From positions 1,056,001 through 1,120,000 of the forward strand of contig CAVXRD010000001.1 of assembly GCA_963764165.1 (NCBI GenBank): a stretch of 64,000 nucleotides of DNA, read 5' to 3'. This document shows positions 30,719 through 39,586 of the stretch, piece by piece. The translations under genes were made by a program, and so were the position numbers. Within the stretch, counting starts at the first letter, position 1; every line of letters starts with the position of its first letter. Source of the DNA: an uncultured Verrucomicrobiae bacterium. GTDB taxonomy: Bacteria > Verrucomicrobiota > Verrucomicrobiia > Limisphaerales > Palsa-1400. Below the pieces are notes generated by a model that made no database searches, was not told where the DNA came from, and worked only from the letters and a program-made list of their open reading frames with translations.

Positions 30719-31260
30719 TCGGAATCACCATGACCCCAACGGTCCTCCATGCCAGCAGCCCGCTTTACCCGGCGCGTTTGCGCGGGAAGCTGGGCGATGA
30801 TGCTCCACCGCAACTGTCTGCCTTTGGAAATCTGGATTTGCTCGCCCTGCCCAAAACCGCGCTGTTCTGTTCCGCCCGCTGCCCCGGCAAAGCCATCCTC
30901 ACCACCTACGACCAAGCTGCCCGGTGGCGCGACTTTGGCCGCTGCGTCATCAGCGGTTTTCATTCGCCGGTGGAAAAGGAGTGTCTCAGCATCCTTTTGC
31001 GCGGAAGCCAGCCGGTCATTATCTGTCCGGCCCGCAGTCTTGAGAACATGCGCCTTCCTCCCGACTGGAAGCAGCCGCTCTCCGACGGTCGGCTCTTGAT
31101 TCTCTCCTGTTTCGTCGAACGCAACCGCCGTGTTACCGCAAGTCTCGCCGTCCGCCGAAACGAGTTCGTCGCCGCTCTGGCGGATGAAGTCTGGTTTGCT
31201 CACATCGCACCCGGCGGCGAAATGCAATGCCTGGCTCATAAAATTGCTGCGCAAGATTGA
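30715..31260 (+). CDS. Short DprA/Smf-like (SLOG fold) protein
   Basis: YPARL...GNLDLL, VISGFHSPVE, AVRRNEFVAALAD; GTGA overlap with the methyltransferase stop. Confidence 0.82.
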   Translation: MIGITMTPTVLHASSPLYPARLRGKLGDDAPPQLSAFGNLDLLALPKTALFCSARCPGKAILTTYDQAARWRDFGRCVISGFHSPVEKECLSILLRGSQPVIICPARSLENMRLPPDWKQPLSDGRLLILSCFVERNRRVTASLAVRRNEFVAALADEVWFAHIAPGGEMQCLAHKIAAQD

Positions 31261-31270
31261 TTTGACTGTC

Positions 31271-31831
31271 ATGCAGATCATTCGCGCAGTGCCGGTGAGC
31301 GCCGATGATTACGTGGGCACAAGCTTCCATCAGGGTGTCGAGCCGCCATGTAAGTGCCCTCACTGTGACACGACGAATGCCCTCAAGGCGTTGGGGTATT
31401 ATTCCCGAAATGTCACCAGTCCAAAACGTGGCGTTCTGCGCATTTGTGTGCGGAGGTTTCGATGTTGTGAATGCGGTAAAACGGTCAGCATCCTTCCCTC
31501 ATTCGTCCAACCCTATCGGTTGGTTTTAAATCTCACAATAAACGAGTATTTTGGCGGAACACTCAACACCAACGCACTTTCATGGCTACCGCTTTTGAAA
31601 CGGTCCTGGAATCGCTTTTCAAACTGGCATCCACGGATTGACCGCATCATCAGGTCCGTCGTCTCGCGCTCGCCGCCTCATTCGGACGCTTCTGGATGGT
31701 GGAAGGTCATGGCCGCAACTTTGGGCGACCTTGAAAAAATTACAACGGTGCTTGTGGACCGATTTGGCGTCACCCTGTTCGGTCGCTATCGTTGCCACTC
31801 GCCGTTCTCCAACGGCCCGCCACCGAACTGA
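31271..31831 (+). CDS. Zn-ribbon protein, DUF6431-like (normally transposon-associated)
   Basis: CPHC...GYYSRNV...RRFRCCECGKTVSILPSFVQPYR. Confidence 0.65.
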   Translation: MQIIRAVPVSADDYVGTSFHQGVEPPCKCPHCDTTNALKALGYYSRNVTSPKRGVLRICVRRFRCCECGKTVSILPSFVQPYRLVLNLTINEYFGGTLNTNALSWLPLLKRSWNRFSNWHPRIDRIIRSVVSRSPPHSDASGWWKVMAATLGDLEKITTVLVDRFGVTLFGRYRCHSPFSNGPPPN

Positions 31832-32021
31832 CGTGGCTCCACACAACTTATGTATTTCACTGAAAGCCAACGCGTGGAAATCTTTGCGCGCAAATGAAAA
31901 TGGTCTCTGAATTAGCTTTGAGCGATAAACGGCGCACCTCCAAGGACGTCGATCTTAATTTCAAGTCACGGGAAATCCGCAATTGTGCAGTCCGCACTTG
32001 TGGCAACGAGTTTCTTTTCGT

Positions 32022-32444
32022 ATGAGCACCAGCCAAACTGTACCACCACCCATCAGTGCCGCCGCTTACGTGAGAACGGCCACGGAGAACCAAGACTCGG
32101 CAAGCAACCAAATGGACTCCATCAGAAAATATGCCGAGCGCCGGGGAATACAAATCGTCAAAGAGTATTCTGACGCAGGCAAGAGCGGTTTGAGTGCCAA
32201 GGGCCTCGAATCCCTGGCAGAGATGATTCGGGATGTTCAGAATGGACCAATCAATTTCTCAGCCATCCTTCTGTACGATGTCAGTCGGTGGGGCCGATTT
32301 CAAGATGCCGATGAAAGCGCCTATTATGAATTCATCTGCCGCCGAGCCGGGGTGTTGGTTCATTATTGCGCCGAGCAATTTGAAAGTGAGGCCATCCCTG
32401 TTTCCATGATTGTCAAATTACTCAGACTCTTTCCGCGTAAATGA
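32022..32444 (+). CDS. Truncated serine-recombinase paralog lacking the catalytic Ser
   Basis: YVRTATE versus YVRMSTE in the neighbour; catalytic domain only. Confidence 0.8.
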   Translation: MSTSQTVPPPISAAAYVRTATENQDSASNQMDSIRKYAERRGIQIVKEYSDAGKSGLSAKGLESLAEMIRDVQNGPINFSAILLYDVSRWGRFQDADESAYYEFICRRAGVLVHYCAEQFESEAIPVSMIVKLLRLFPRK

Positions 32445-32454
32445 AAACTTCTGC

Positions 32455-33999
32455 ATGAGCACTGGCCCATCAAACCTACCACCAAACAATGCCGCCGCTT
32501 ACGTGAGAATGTCCACGGAGCACCAGCAGTACTCAACCAGCAACCAGATGGACGTCATAACAGAGTACGCCAAACGCCGTGAAAAGCAGATCGTTAAGCA
32601 ATACTCGGACGAGGGCAAGAGCGGACTAAATATCCAAGGCCGCGAATCGCTGGCGCGGATGATTCAGGATGTTCAGGACGGGCAAATCAATTTTTCATCC
32701 ATCCTCGTGTACGATGTCAGCCGGTGGGGGCGATTTCAGGACGCGGACGAAAGCGCCTATTACGAATATATCTGCCGCCGTGCCGGGGTTTCGGTCCATT
32801 ATTGTGCCGAGCAATTTGAAAATGACGGCAGCCCGATGTCCTCGGTCATGAAAACCATGAAGCGGACGATGGCTGGTGAATACAGCCGCGAATTGTCATC
32901 CAAAGTTTTTCAAGGAGCCTGTCGGTTAATCCAAATGGGGTTCAAGCAGGGCGGCACTGCTGGATTCGGCCTTCGGCGCGTACTGGTTGATCAGAGCGGC
33001 CAGCAAAAAGCCGTGCTAAAAATGGGAGAGCATAAAAGCCTTCAAACTGACCGGGTGATCTTGATTCCAGGGCCGGAGGAGGAAATCAAAACTGTTCGGT
33101 GGATGTATTCGGCATTTGTTGAAGGAAAAAGCGAATCGGAAATTGCCAAGGTGCTGAACGCCCAGGGAGTGCTCACCGACTTTGGGCGCGCGTGGAACCG
33201 TTCCACCGTCCATCAGGTGCTCACCAACGAAAAATATATCGGCAACAATGTTTATCATCGCACGTCTTTCAAACTGAAACTCAAACACATTGTGAACCCG
33301 CAGGAAAAATGGATTCGTGGGGACGGCAAGTTTGAGGCCATTGTGGAACCCAGCCTTTTTCACACGGCCCAAGGCATCATCCTGGCTCGGAGCCGGAAAC
33401 TTTCGGATGATGAAATGCTGGAGAAATTGCGCGGCGTGCTCAACAAGCATGGTCGCATCTGCGGCATACTGATCGACGAGGCCGACGACCTTCCTTCCAG
33501 CACCGCGTTTCGTTCTCGTTTTGGAAGTTTGGTCTCAGCGTACCGGCTAATCGGCTACGACCCCGGCATTGATTATGATTTTGTCGAAATCAACCGCCGT
33601 CTCCGCCAAGAGCATCCCGTGTTGGTGGCGCGGGTGGTACGCCAAATTGAGGAACTCGGCGCCGTGGCACGATGGGACAAAGAACACCAGATTGTTCATT
33701 TGAATGAGGAACTCCGGGTTTCCATTGTCCTGTGCCGACACTGCACGACGCCTGGCGGGTCGTCGCGATGGCTGGTTCGACTGGATGACGGGTTAAAACC
33801 GGACATTACCGTCGCGGTGCGGATGGACGCAGCCAATGCCGGAATCCGCGACTATTACCTGCTGCCAGCAATTGATATGACTTGGGAAAACCTGCATGTT
33901 GGGGAGGAGAACGGCATTTACCTGGACGCGTATCGCTTTGACACGCTGGAATATCTCTTCGGGATGGCTCAACGCACAAAACTACAGGAGACCGCATGA
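32455..33999 (+). CDS. Large serine recombinase
   Basis: YVRMSTEHQ, DVSRWGR, LTNEKYIG recombinase domain. Confidence 0.93.
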   Translation: MSTGPSNLPPNNAAAYVRMSTEHQQYSTSNQMDVITEYAKRREKQIVKQYSDEGKSGLNIQGRESLARMIQDVQDGQINFSSILVYDVSRWGRFQDADESAYYEYICRRAGVSVHYCAEQFENDGSPMSSVMKTMKRTMAGEYSRELSSKVFQGACRLIQMGFKQGGTAGFGLRRVLVDQSGQQKAVLKMGEHKSLQTDRVILIPGPEEEIKTVRWMYSAFVEGKSESEIAKVLNAQGVLTDFGRAWNRSTVHQVLTNEKYIGNNVYHRTSFKLKLKHIVNPQEKWIRGDGKFEAIVEPSLFHTAQGIILARSRKLSDDEMLEKLRGVLNKHGRICGILIDEADDLPSSTAFRSRFGSLVSAYRLIGYDPGIDYDFVEINRRLRQEHPVLVARVVRQIEELGAVARWDKEHQIVHLNEELRVSIVLCRHCTTPGGSSRWLVRLDDGLKPDITVAVRMDAANAGIRDYYLLPAIDMTWENLHVGEENGIYLDAYRFDTLEYLFGMAQRTKLQETA

Positions 34000-34877
34000 A
34001 CGACGACGTACAAATGATTCCAATCGACCACATTCGCATTATCAATCCGAGACTTCGGAACAAAGCAAAATTTGAGCTGATTGTGGACAGCATTAAAACA
34101 CTTGGGCTGAAAAAGCCAATTCAGGTGAGCCGTCGTGCGGCGGACGAAGGAAGTGAGCCAGGTTATGATCTGGTCTGCGGGCAGGGAAGAATTGAGGCTT
34201 GCATGGCCTTGGGCTACAAAGAAATTCCGGCGATTGTAGTCGAGGTGAGCAAGGAAGAGCGGTTGCTGCGGAGTTTGGTGGAGAATGCGGCCCGGCGATT
34301 TCCCGTGCCGGCAGACTTGTTGCGCGAAATCGAGCGGTTGAAGGTCGCTGGCTATGGCAATGGCGATATTGGAAAAAAGTTGGGAATTTCTGAATCGTAT
34401 GTCAGCAATTTGATGACGCTGAAGCGGGCCGGAGAAGAGAGGCTTCTCACTGAAGCGCTCAATGGCAAAATTCCAATTTGGATTGCAATGGACATCGCGA
34501 AAACCGATGACGTGGAAATGCAGCGGGAAATGCTCAAGGGACTCGAAAGCAAAAAACTGAACCATATTTCCATTCGGGTGGTGAAGCGCATTATCGAGCA
34601 ACGACGTTTTCTCGGAAAAACACGGGTTCGAGATGATCGAGACAGCCACGCCAGCGCCGATAGCATGGTGAGCATTTACAGGCGCGAGTGTCAGCGCCAG
34701 AAGCTCCAGGTGCGGAAAGCGAAATTATGCGAGGAGAAGCTTCTGTTTTTGGTGAAGGCGTTCGACAAGCTGGTTGGGGACGAAAACTTTGTCAATTTGC
34801 TGAGGGCCGAAGCTTTGTTTACGATGCCAAAATACCTATGGACGAAAACGTCCCACAAACATGAGGAGGCCGCATGA
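33996..34877 (+). CDS. ParB/RepB-like protein 1
   Basis: SIKTLGLKKPI, LVCGQGRIEA, SLVENAARR; ATGA overlap. Confidence 0.87.
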   Translation: MNDDVQMIPIDHIRIINPRLRNKAKFELIVDSIKTLGLKKPIQVSRRAADEGSEPGYDLVCGQGRIEACMALGYKEIPAIVVEVSKEERLLRSLVENAARRFPVPADLLREIERLKVAGYGNGDIGKKLGISESYVSNLMTLKRAGEERLLTEALNGKIPIWIAMDIAKTDDVEMQREMLKGLESKKLNHISIRVVKRIIEQRRFLGKTRVRDDRDSHASADSMVSIYRRECQRQKLQVRKAKLCEEKLLFLVKAFDKLVGDENFVNLLRAEALFTMPKYLWTKTSHKHEEAA

Positions 34878-35749
34878 GTGCTGCCAAAGTGGCGTTCGAG
34901 ATGAAAACGATCAAAGTGTCGCTTGATCTGATTTTACCTCTACGCCGAATGAAAAATCCGCACAAAACGATCAGCCGGTACAAAAGGATTCTAACCTCTA
35001 TCAAAGAGGTGGGGCTGATCGAACCGCTGGCAATCCACCCGCAGCGGGATAAATCTGGCACCTACATGCTCCTCGACGGGCATCTTCGTCATAGCGCCTT
35101 AAAGGAGTTGGGTATGACAGAGGCGGACTGCATTATCGCAACCGATGACGAGAGTTTTACCTATAACGCCCGGGTCAGCCGGTTGCAGCCCATCCAAGAG
35201 CACAAAATGATTGTCAAAGCCGTGCAAAACGGGGTGAAGCCGGAGAGAATTGCTGCGGCCCTCGACATGCCGTTGAGCGCGGTGCGTGCATCCATGAATC
35301 TATTGGACGGCATTCATGCCGAAGCGTCCGACATGCTGAAGGACAAGCCGATCAGCCCCAAAGCACTTCGGTTTCTAAAAAAGGTGACAGGCGTTCGGCA
35401 AATTGAAATGGCCGAGTTAATGGTGAATGCGAACATATTCGCATCTGGATATGCCGAGGCGCTTTACTTGGGCACGTCGCGAGACCAACTGGTCGATTCT
35501 GAAACCCCGAAAGTCAAAGAGGGATTGTCACGGGAAGAAATCGCGCGCATGGAGCAGGAAATGGAGTCATTGGAAAAGGATTTCAAGGCAATCGACGAAG
35601 CATTTGGGGAGAACGTGCTGAATCTGACGGTGGTGAAGGGTTACACGAAAAAATTGTTGGAGAACGCGAAAGTGATCCGTTTTTTGAAGGCGAACTATCC
35701 TGAATTTCTGAGCGAATTTGAATGGATCGCGGCGGCGGAAACTTTGTGA
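34874..35749 (+). CDS. ParB/RepB-like protein 2
   Basis: SIKEVGLIEPL, LLDGHLR, DDESFTYN; ATGA overlap. Confidence 0.87.
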   Translation: MSAAKVAFEMKTIKVSLDLILPLRRMKNPHKTISRYKRILTSIKEVGLIEPLAIHPQRDKSGTYMLLDGHLRHSALKELGMTEADCIIATDDESFTYNARVSRLQPIQEHKMIVKAVQNGVKPERIAAALDMPLSAVRASMNLLDGIHAEASDMLKDKPISPKALRFLKKVTGVRQIEMAELMVNANIFASGYAEALYLGTSRDQLVDSETPKVKEGLSREEIARMEQEMESLEKDFKAIDEAFGENVLNLTVVKGYTKKLLENAKVIRFLKANYPEFLSEFEWIAAAETL

Positions 35750-36095
35750 GGTCAACCCAGGTCATCACTTGCGCGTCAAGGATGACTTTTTTGGGGCAAA
35801 GCCCTGGAACAAGCCCCGCCGGAACCAGCGCGTGCCTCGCGCCCTGATCGCGCCCTGAACGAATACTCGGGCACAATTCTCGTGCTCGCAGTCCATGGGT
35901 CGTTCGGATAGACTTATAAGTATCACAACGGGATACGATGCGGCTCGCCCCTGACGTGATAGAGCGTCAACTTGCCCACAAGGGGCGTGATAAGGTTCGC
36001 TCCGCTTACAACCCACGCTCAATATTTGCCTGAACGCCGCAGAATGATGCAGTGGTGGGCCTTACCTTGGTTGCGTGGCCACAAAGAAATGACAG

Positions 36096-37034
36096 TCATT
36101 TAGTAAATTTGAGGATTTGTGCAATTCGAGGCCAAAACCTTGGCACTCTGGGGACGGAGGCGTCCTTCACATCCCCTTTGGCCGCGATGGTCCCGCTTTC
36201 CACTGATCTGCTGTTGAAGTGCCTGATGTCAAAAAGCGCGTCGCCCGTTTCCTCAGGCGGATGATGCTGACAAACCTTGTTGCGAAATAAAGCCATCCGG
36301 TCGTTCGGGGTCAGCGTACCGCGATTCCCATCATAATCCAAATACACAAATTCACGATCATCCGTAAACCAAGGTGTCAGTAATTGCGTTATTAGTCCGA
36401 CGGCGGTTGATGCCAGAACCCCATTTGACCAAACTACTTGCGGTCGACTGCCCGCAGCGCCATATTTCTTTGCCTCTTGCGCCAACCGTTCATCCGTAAT
36501 CAAGCCTACACACCGCAAACATGGCTTGCCAGGCATTGAAAGAATGACCTGGCCGCCGATTAAATATTGCTCGCCGCCTAATTCGTGGACGTCCATCCCA
36601 ATGTCGATGTACGGTATTAGGTGCCTTCTGGCAAAGCGTTCCAGTTGTTCGCGTTCGATGAATGAATCCACTGCACCCGCAATAACATCGCACCTCGTTA
36701 GTTCGGAGACGGCGCTGTGCCAAGAGCCTCGAATGCTAATTATGCGTGGCTGTTCAACCAAGCCCGCGAGTTGCCGTTGCGCGATCGTAACTTTGGCTGT
36801 CGCGGGTCCGATGTCGGCCAAGGTTCCGCCTATGAGCCGATTGGTATTTGTGTCGGTGATATGGTCGGGGTCAATGTTGACATAACCGCCGATTCCAAGA
36901 TGGCCGCATTGCTGGACAATATGAGAGCCGCCGCCACCGAGGCCAATAAGGCCAACGGTGGAAGAATACAGCGTGGCCTCACTATCGGTTCCGAGAAAGC
37001 TTTGCCGCTCAAATCGACTCACCTGGTTTGCCAT
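36096..37034 (-). CDS. ThiF/E1-like adenylating enzyme (BilD position)
   Basis: RFERQ, GLGGGGS, DPDHITDTNTNR, PCLRC. Confidence 0.92.
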   Translation of the reverse strand: MANQVSRFERQSFLGTDSEATLYSSTVGLIGLGGGGSHIVQQCGHLGIGGYVNIDPDHITDTNTNRLIGGTLADIGPATAKVTIAQRQLAGLVEQPRIISIRGSWHSAVSELTRCDVIAGAVDSFIEREQLERFARRHLIPYIDIGMDVHELGGEQYLIGGQVILSMPGKPCLRCVGLITDERLAQEAKKYGAAGSRPQVVWSNGVLASTAVGLITQLLTPWFTDDREFVYLDYDGNRGTLTPNDRMALFRNKVCQHHPPEETGDALFDIRHFNSRSVESGTIAAKGDVKDASVPRVPRFWPRIAQILKFTK

Positions 37035-37519
37035 CCTTTCAACGGCGTGCCCACTTCAACAAATTCGTTGATGATCCTGCCCGGTTGATCTGCGCCCAAC
37101 CAAATGTGACCTCGCGCATGGGTGTGGCTTAAAACCAGCGCACCGTGGGGAAAGCGCGGTGCAACCTGAAAAAAGTTTGGCACAAATTTGGCCTGCTCAC
37201 GAAGGTCAACTTTGCTGAATCCAGGATGTCCCTGCCCGCAGTGCGTATGAACATGGAATATGGAAACACCAGACATTGCCCATTGTAGAGCCTTGCGAAT
37301 TGCCTCCGGCCCCATCATCGCCCCTACGGAATTGTCTCGAAGGTAATCGTCGTCAGCGACAGGACGATAAGCGCGAGCATATACAGACAAGTCACCAACC
37401 GTAGCCGACACCCCGCAGGCAATGAAACCGACCCGCTCATAGGCGAACGGGTGCTGACGCGCCAAGTCCTGTCGAACGGACTTCAAGAGTTGGCGGGTGA
37501 TTTTAAACCGGATTTTCAT
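37019..37519 (-). CDS. JAB/MPN+ peptidase (BilC position)
   Basis: ERVGF...HVHTH...FSKVD JAMM motif; ATGA overlap with the upstream gene places the start at 37519. Confidence 0.87.
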   Translation of the reverse strand: MKIRFKITRQLLKSVRQDLARQHPFAYERVGFIACGVSATVGDLSVYARAYRPVADDDYLRDNSVGAMMGPEAIRKALQWAMSGVSIFHVHTHCGQGHPGFSKVDLREQAKFVPNFFQVAPRFPHGALVLSHTHARGHIWLGADQPGRIINEFVEVGTPLKGWQTR

Positions 37520-37851
37520 GATACCGCTCGGAGATGCGCACCCAACATACTGGTCCAAGGCTGCTCGGCCACGACGTTGTTCCACGATGGCGCCCACCAA
37601 CTACGGCCCAGCACCGTATGGTCTTTCCAGCCAGTGCTCTGCCCGATACCCTCCAGCTTTTGTTCGAAAAAAAGTCGGGTTGTGTATCCGCTATGGATTG
37701 AGGGGTGCAATAGAAGCGCCATCGTTATTGTCTTGCCTCCTGCCCGAAATTTGAAATTCGGCAGCAGCACGATAGGCACACTGTTTTCAGCATGAAGAGC
37801 CGCATCGGCATGCAATGCCTGCATAGCGGCAAATTCGACCTTGGCATCCAT
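37516..37851 (-). CDS. Small prokaryotic E2-like protein without any Cys (BilB position)
   Basis: LLLHP...GYTTRLFF...W...GRSWWAPSW pattern; position between Ubl and JAB. Confidence 0.65.
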   Translation of the reverse strand: MDAKVEFAAMQALHADAALHAENSVPIVLLPNFKFRAGGKTITMALLLHPSIHSGYTTRLFFEQKLEGIGQSTGWKDHTVLGRSWWAPSWNNVVAEQPWTSMLGAHLRAVS

Positions 37852-38528
37852 TAGGAAGAGCCTCCGCCGTTCACCTGGCTATAGAAGTGCATACCACATT
37901 CGATGCGAATGTTTTCATGGGGTTTTAATGTAACAAGCTCGCCATCGGGGGTTTTCAAGTTCAGCAAATACCCCGGCTCAATAGGAAATTTGGACATGAG
38001 TTGTTCGGTGGTATAGACCCCGGGTGCAAGCTCATAGGCAACGTCCTTAAAAAACACTTTTACGAAACGCTTTTCGGTTCTCAAATGCTCCGTCCCCGGC
38101 TCTGCAAAATTGACCTCGTCATCCGGACCCAAAACCTGGTCTGGTCGATCCTTGCGTTCCAGAACCAACAATTCATCCGGCTTCACATGCGCAATCATCC
38201 GCAGCATCGGCTCTTTTATTTTGGAGGAGCCCCAATCAAATCCGCGTTCGTCCACCGTGAACCGGTAGACCCGGTCAGACCTGAATGCCCAAAACACCTC
38301 AACGCCGGGATTGCGAAGATCCACCGTCTGATCCAGGCCGACTGCGACCGTTCCGTGCGCCAGAACCTGAATAAGAACGCAATCATCTGCCGGGCGAAAA
38401 TCCGCTTTGTCCAGCATTTGACGGGCTGTTGGCACGGGGTCCTTGAATTCAAATTTTCGTTCATTTATGGTAGCCGGGAAATGCCCGGCTTTATCGGCAT
38501 GGGGGTCATTTTCAGTTGCGGTGTGCAT
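37851..38528 (-). CDS. Multi-ubiquitin-domain protein, three beta-grasp repeats, C-terminus GGGSS (BilA position)
   Basis: Three ~70 aa repeats (VDLRNPGVEVF, VNFAEPGTEHL, IRIECGMHFYS) and a terminal Gly motif. Confidence 0.9.
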   Translation of the reverse strand: MHTATENDPHADKAGHFPATINERKFEFKDPVPTARQMLDKADFRPADDCVLIQVLAHGTVAVGLDQTVDLRNPGVEVFWAFRSDRVYRFTVDERGFDWGSSKIKEPMLRMIAHVKPDELLVLERKDRPDQVLGPDDEVNFAEPGTEHLRTEKRFVKVFFKDVAYELAPGVYTTEQLMSKFPIEPGYLLNLKTPDGELVTLKPHENIRIECGMHFYSQVNGGGSS

Positions 38529-38577
38529 TATGTGCTCCTTTGTTCTTGCTGTTAATGTTTGCTCTCATTACGACCCA

Positions 38578-38683
38578 ACCCTAACCTACAGGGTTTGCAA
38601 TGTCAAGGCACACACGCACTTTCGTGCGTGTGTGCCGCACATTGCGTGTGAGGTTGACATGGGCGGTGTCACCCTGTATCAAT
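38578..38683. promoter_or_regulatory. Divergent sigma70-type promoters flanking a 13-bp perfect inverted repeat
   Basis: Minus strand TTGACA-N17-TAGGGT; plus strand TTGACA-N17-TATCAA; GGCACACACGCAC-tttc-GTGCGTGTGTGCC at 38607-38636; ACCCTGTA present in both promoters. Confidence 0.75.
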
Positions 38684-38688
38684 AGACA

Positions 38689-39000
38689 GTGATTCCAGAC
38701 CCGATTTACAAATTCATTGGCGCGAAAATTCAGGCCCGGCGCAAAAAACTCAATCTCAAGCAGGAGAATCTGGCGCGAATGCTAGGTATATCAAGAGGAT
38801 CACTCGCAAACATAGAAACAGGCCGACAGAGCATTCTTGTCCACCAGCTTTTCAAGTTTGCGGTACAGCTTCAATTATCGCCATTCGATTTGTTGCCAGA
38901 ACAGTCACAGGATGACGTGGGGGGTGAGGCCACAGAACTGCCACTGCCCGCCGACTTAAAGGGGCAGCAAAAAAAGCAGGTTACCAAAATGTTTTCTTAA
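38689..39000 (+). CDS. XRE-family HTH regulator (CapH-like)
   Basis: IQARRKKLNLKQENLARMLGISRGSLANIETGRQ. Confidence 0.9.
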   Translation: MIPDPIYKFIGAKIQARRKKLNLKQENLARMLGISRGSLANIETGRQSILVHQLFKFAVQLQLSPFDLLPEQSQDDVGGEATELPLPADLKGQQKKQVTKMFS

Positions 39001-39040
39001 AATATCAAAAACCCAAAAAAAGTAAAACAAGGAGGAAATA

Positions 39041-39574
39041 ATGTCAAAAATCGCAAAGATTGATCCTTATGCTCGCGCACGACAAGTGCTCGACAAACAA
39101 TCGATAAAATCGTTTCCAGTTCCGGTCGAAAGAATTGCCAAGGCCTTGGGCGCGCAGATTCGGTTTGCCCCTCTGGATGATGAACTCTCAGGAATGGTTT
39201 ATGTGAAAGACGGTGTGCCAATCATCGGCGTCAACTCGCTCCATCATCCAAACCGACAAAGATTCACCATCGCTCATGAAATCGGTCATATGGAACTTCA
39301 TTTGGAAATGATCACCAGTTCCGTCCATGTAGACAAAAAGTTTATCGGCCTTATGCGGGATTCAAATTCTTCAACTGGCAACGAGGAGATTGAAATTCAG
39401 GCCAACCAATTCGCAGCAGAACTATTAATGCCCCAAAAACTCATTGAGGAAGAGTTGGAAGGAAAGCAATTTGACATTGATGACGACGGCCCAATTGAAG
39501 AACTTGCCAAAAAATTCCGCGTCAGCAAGCAGGCTTTACTTTATAGAATAGGAAATCGCAGTCAAAAGGACTAG
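39041..39574 (+). CDS. ImmA/IrrE-family Zn metallopeptidase (CapP-like)
   Basis: RQRFTIAHEIGH and EIQANQFAAELLMP. Confidence 0.93.
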   Translation: MSKIAKIDPYARARQVLDKQSIKSFPVPVERIAKALGAQIRFAPLDDELSGMVYVKDGVPIIGVNSLHHPNRQRFTIAHEIGHMELHLEMITSSVHVDKKFIGLMRDSNSSTGNEEIEIQANQFAAELLMPQKLIEEELEGKQFDIDDDGPIEELAKKFRVSKQALLYRIGNRSQKD

Positions 39575-39586
39575 GCCCAGATCACC

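Noticed and set aside
36096..39574. CBASS call based on E1, JAB and CapH/CapP-like genes
   Set aside because: No CD-NTase or cyclic-nucleotide effector is present; the multi-ubiquitin protein is the evident substrate
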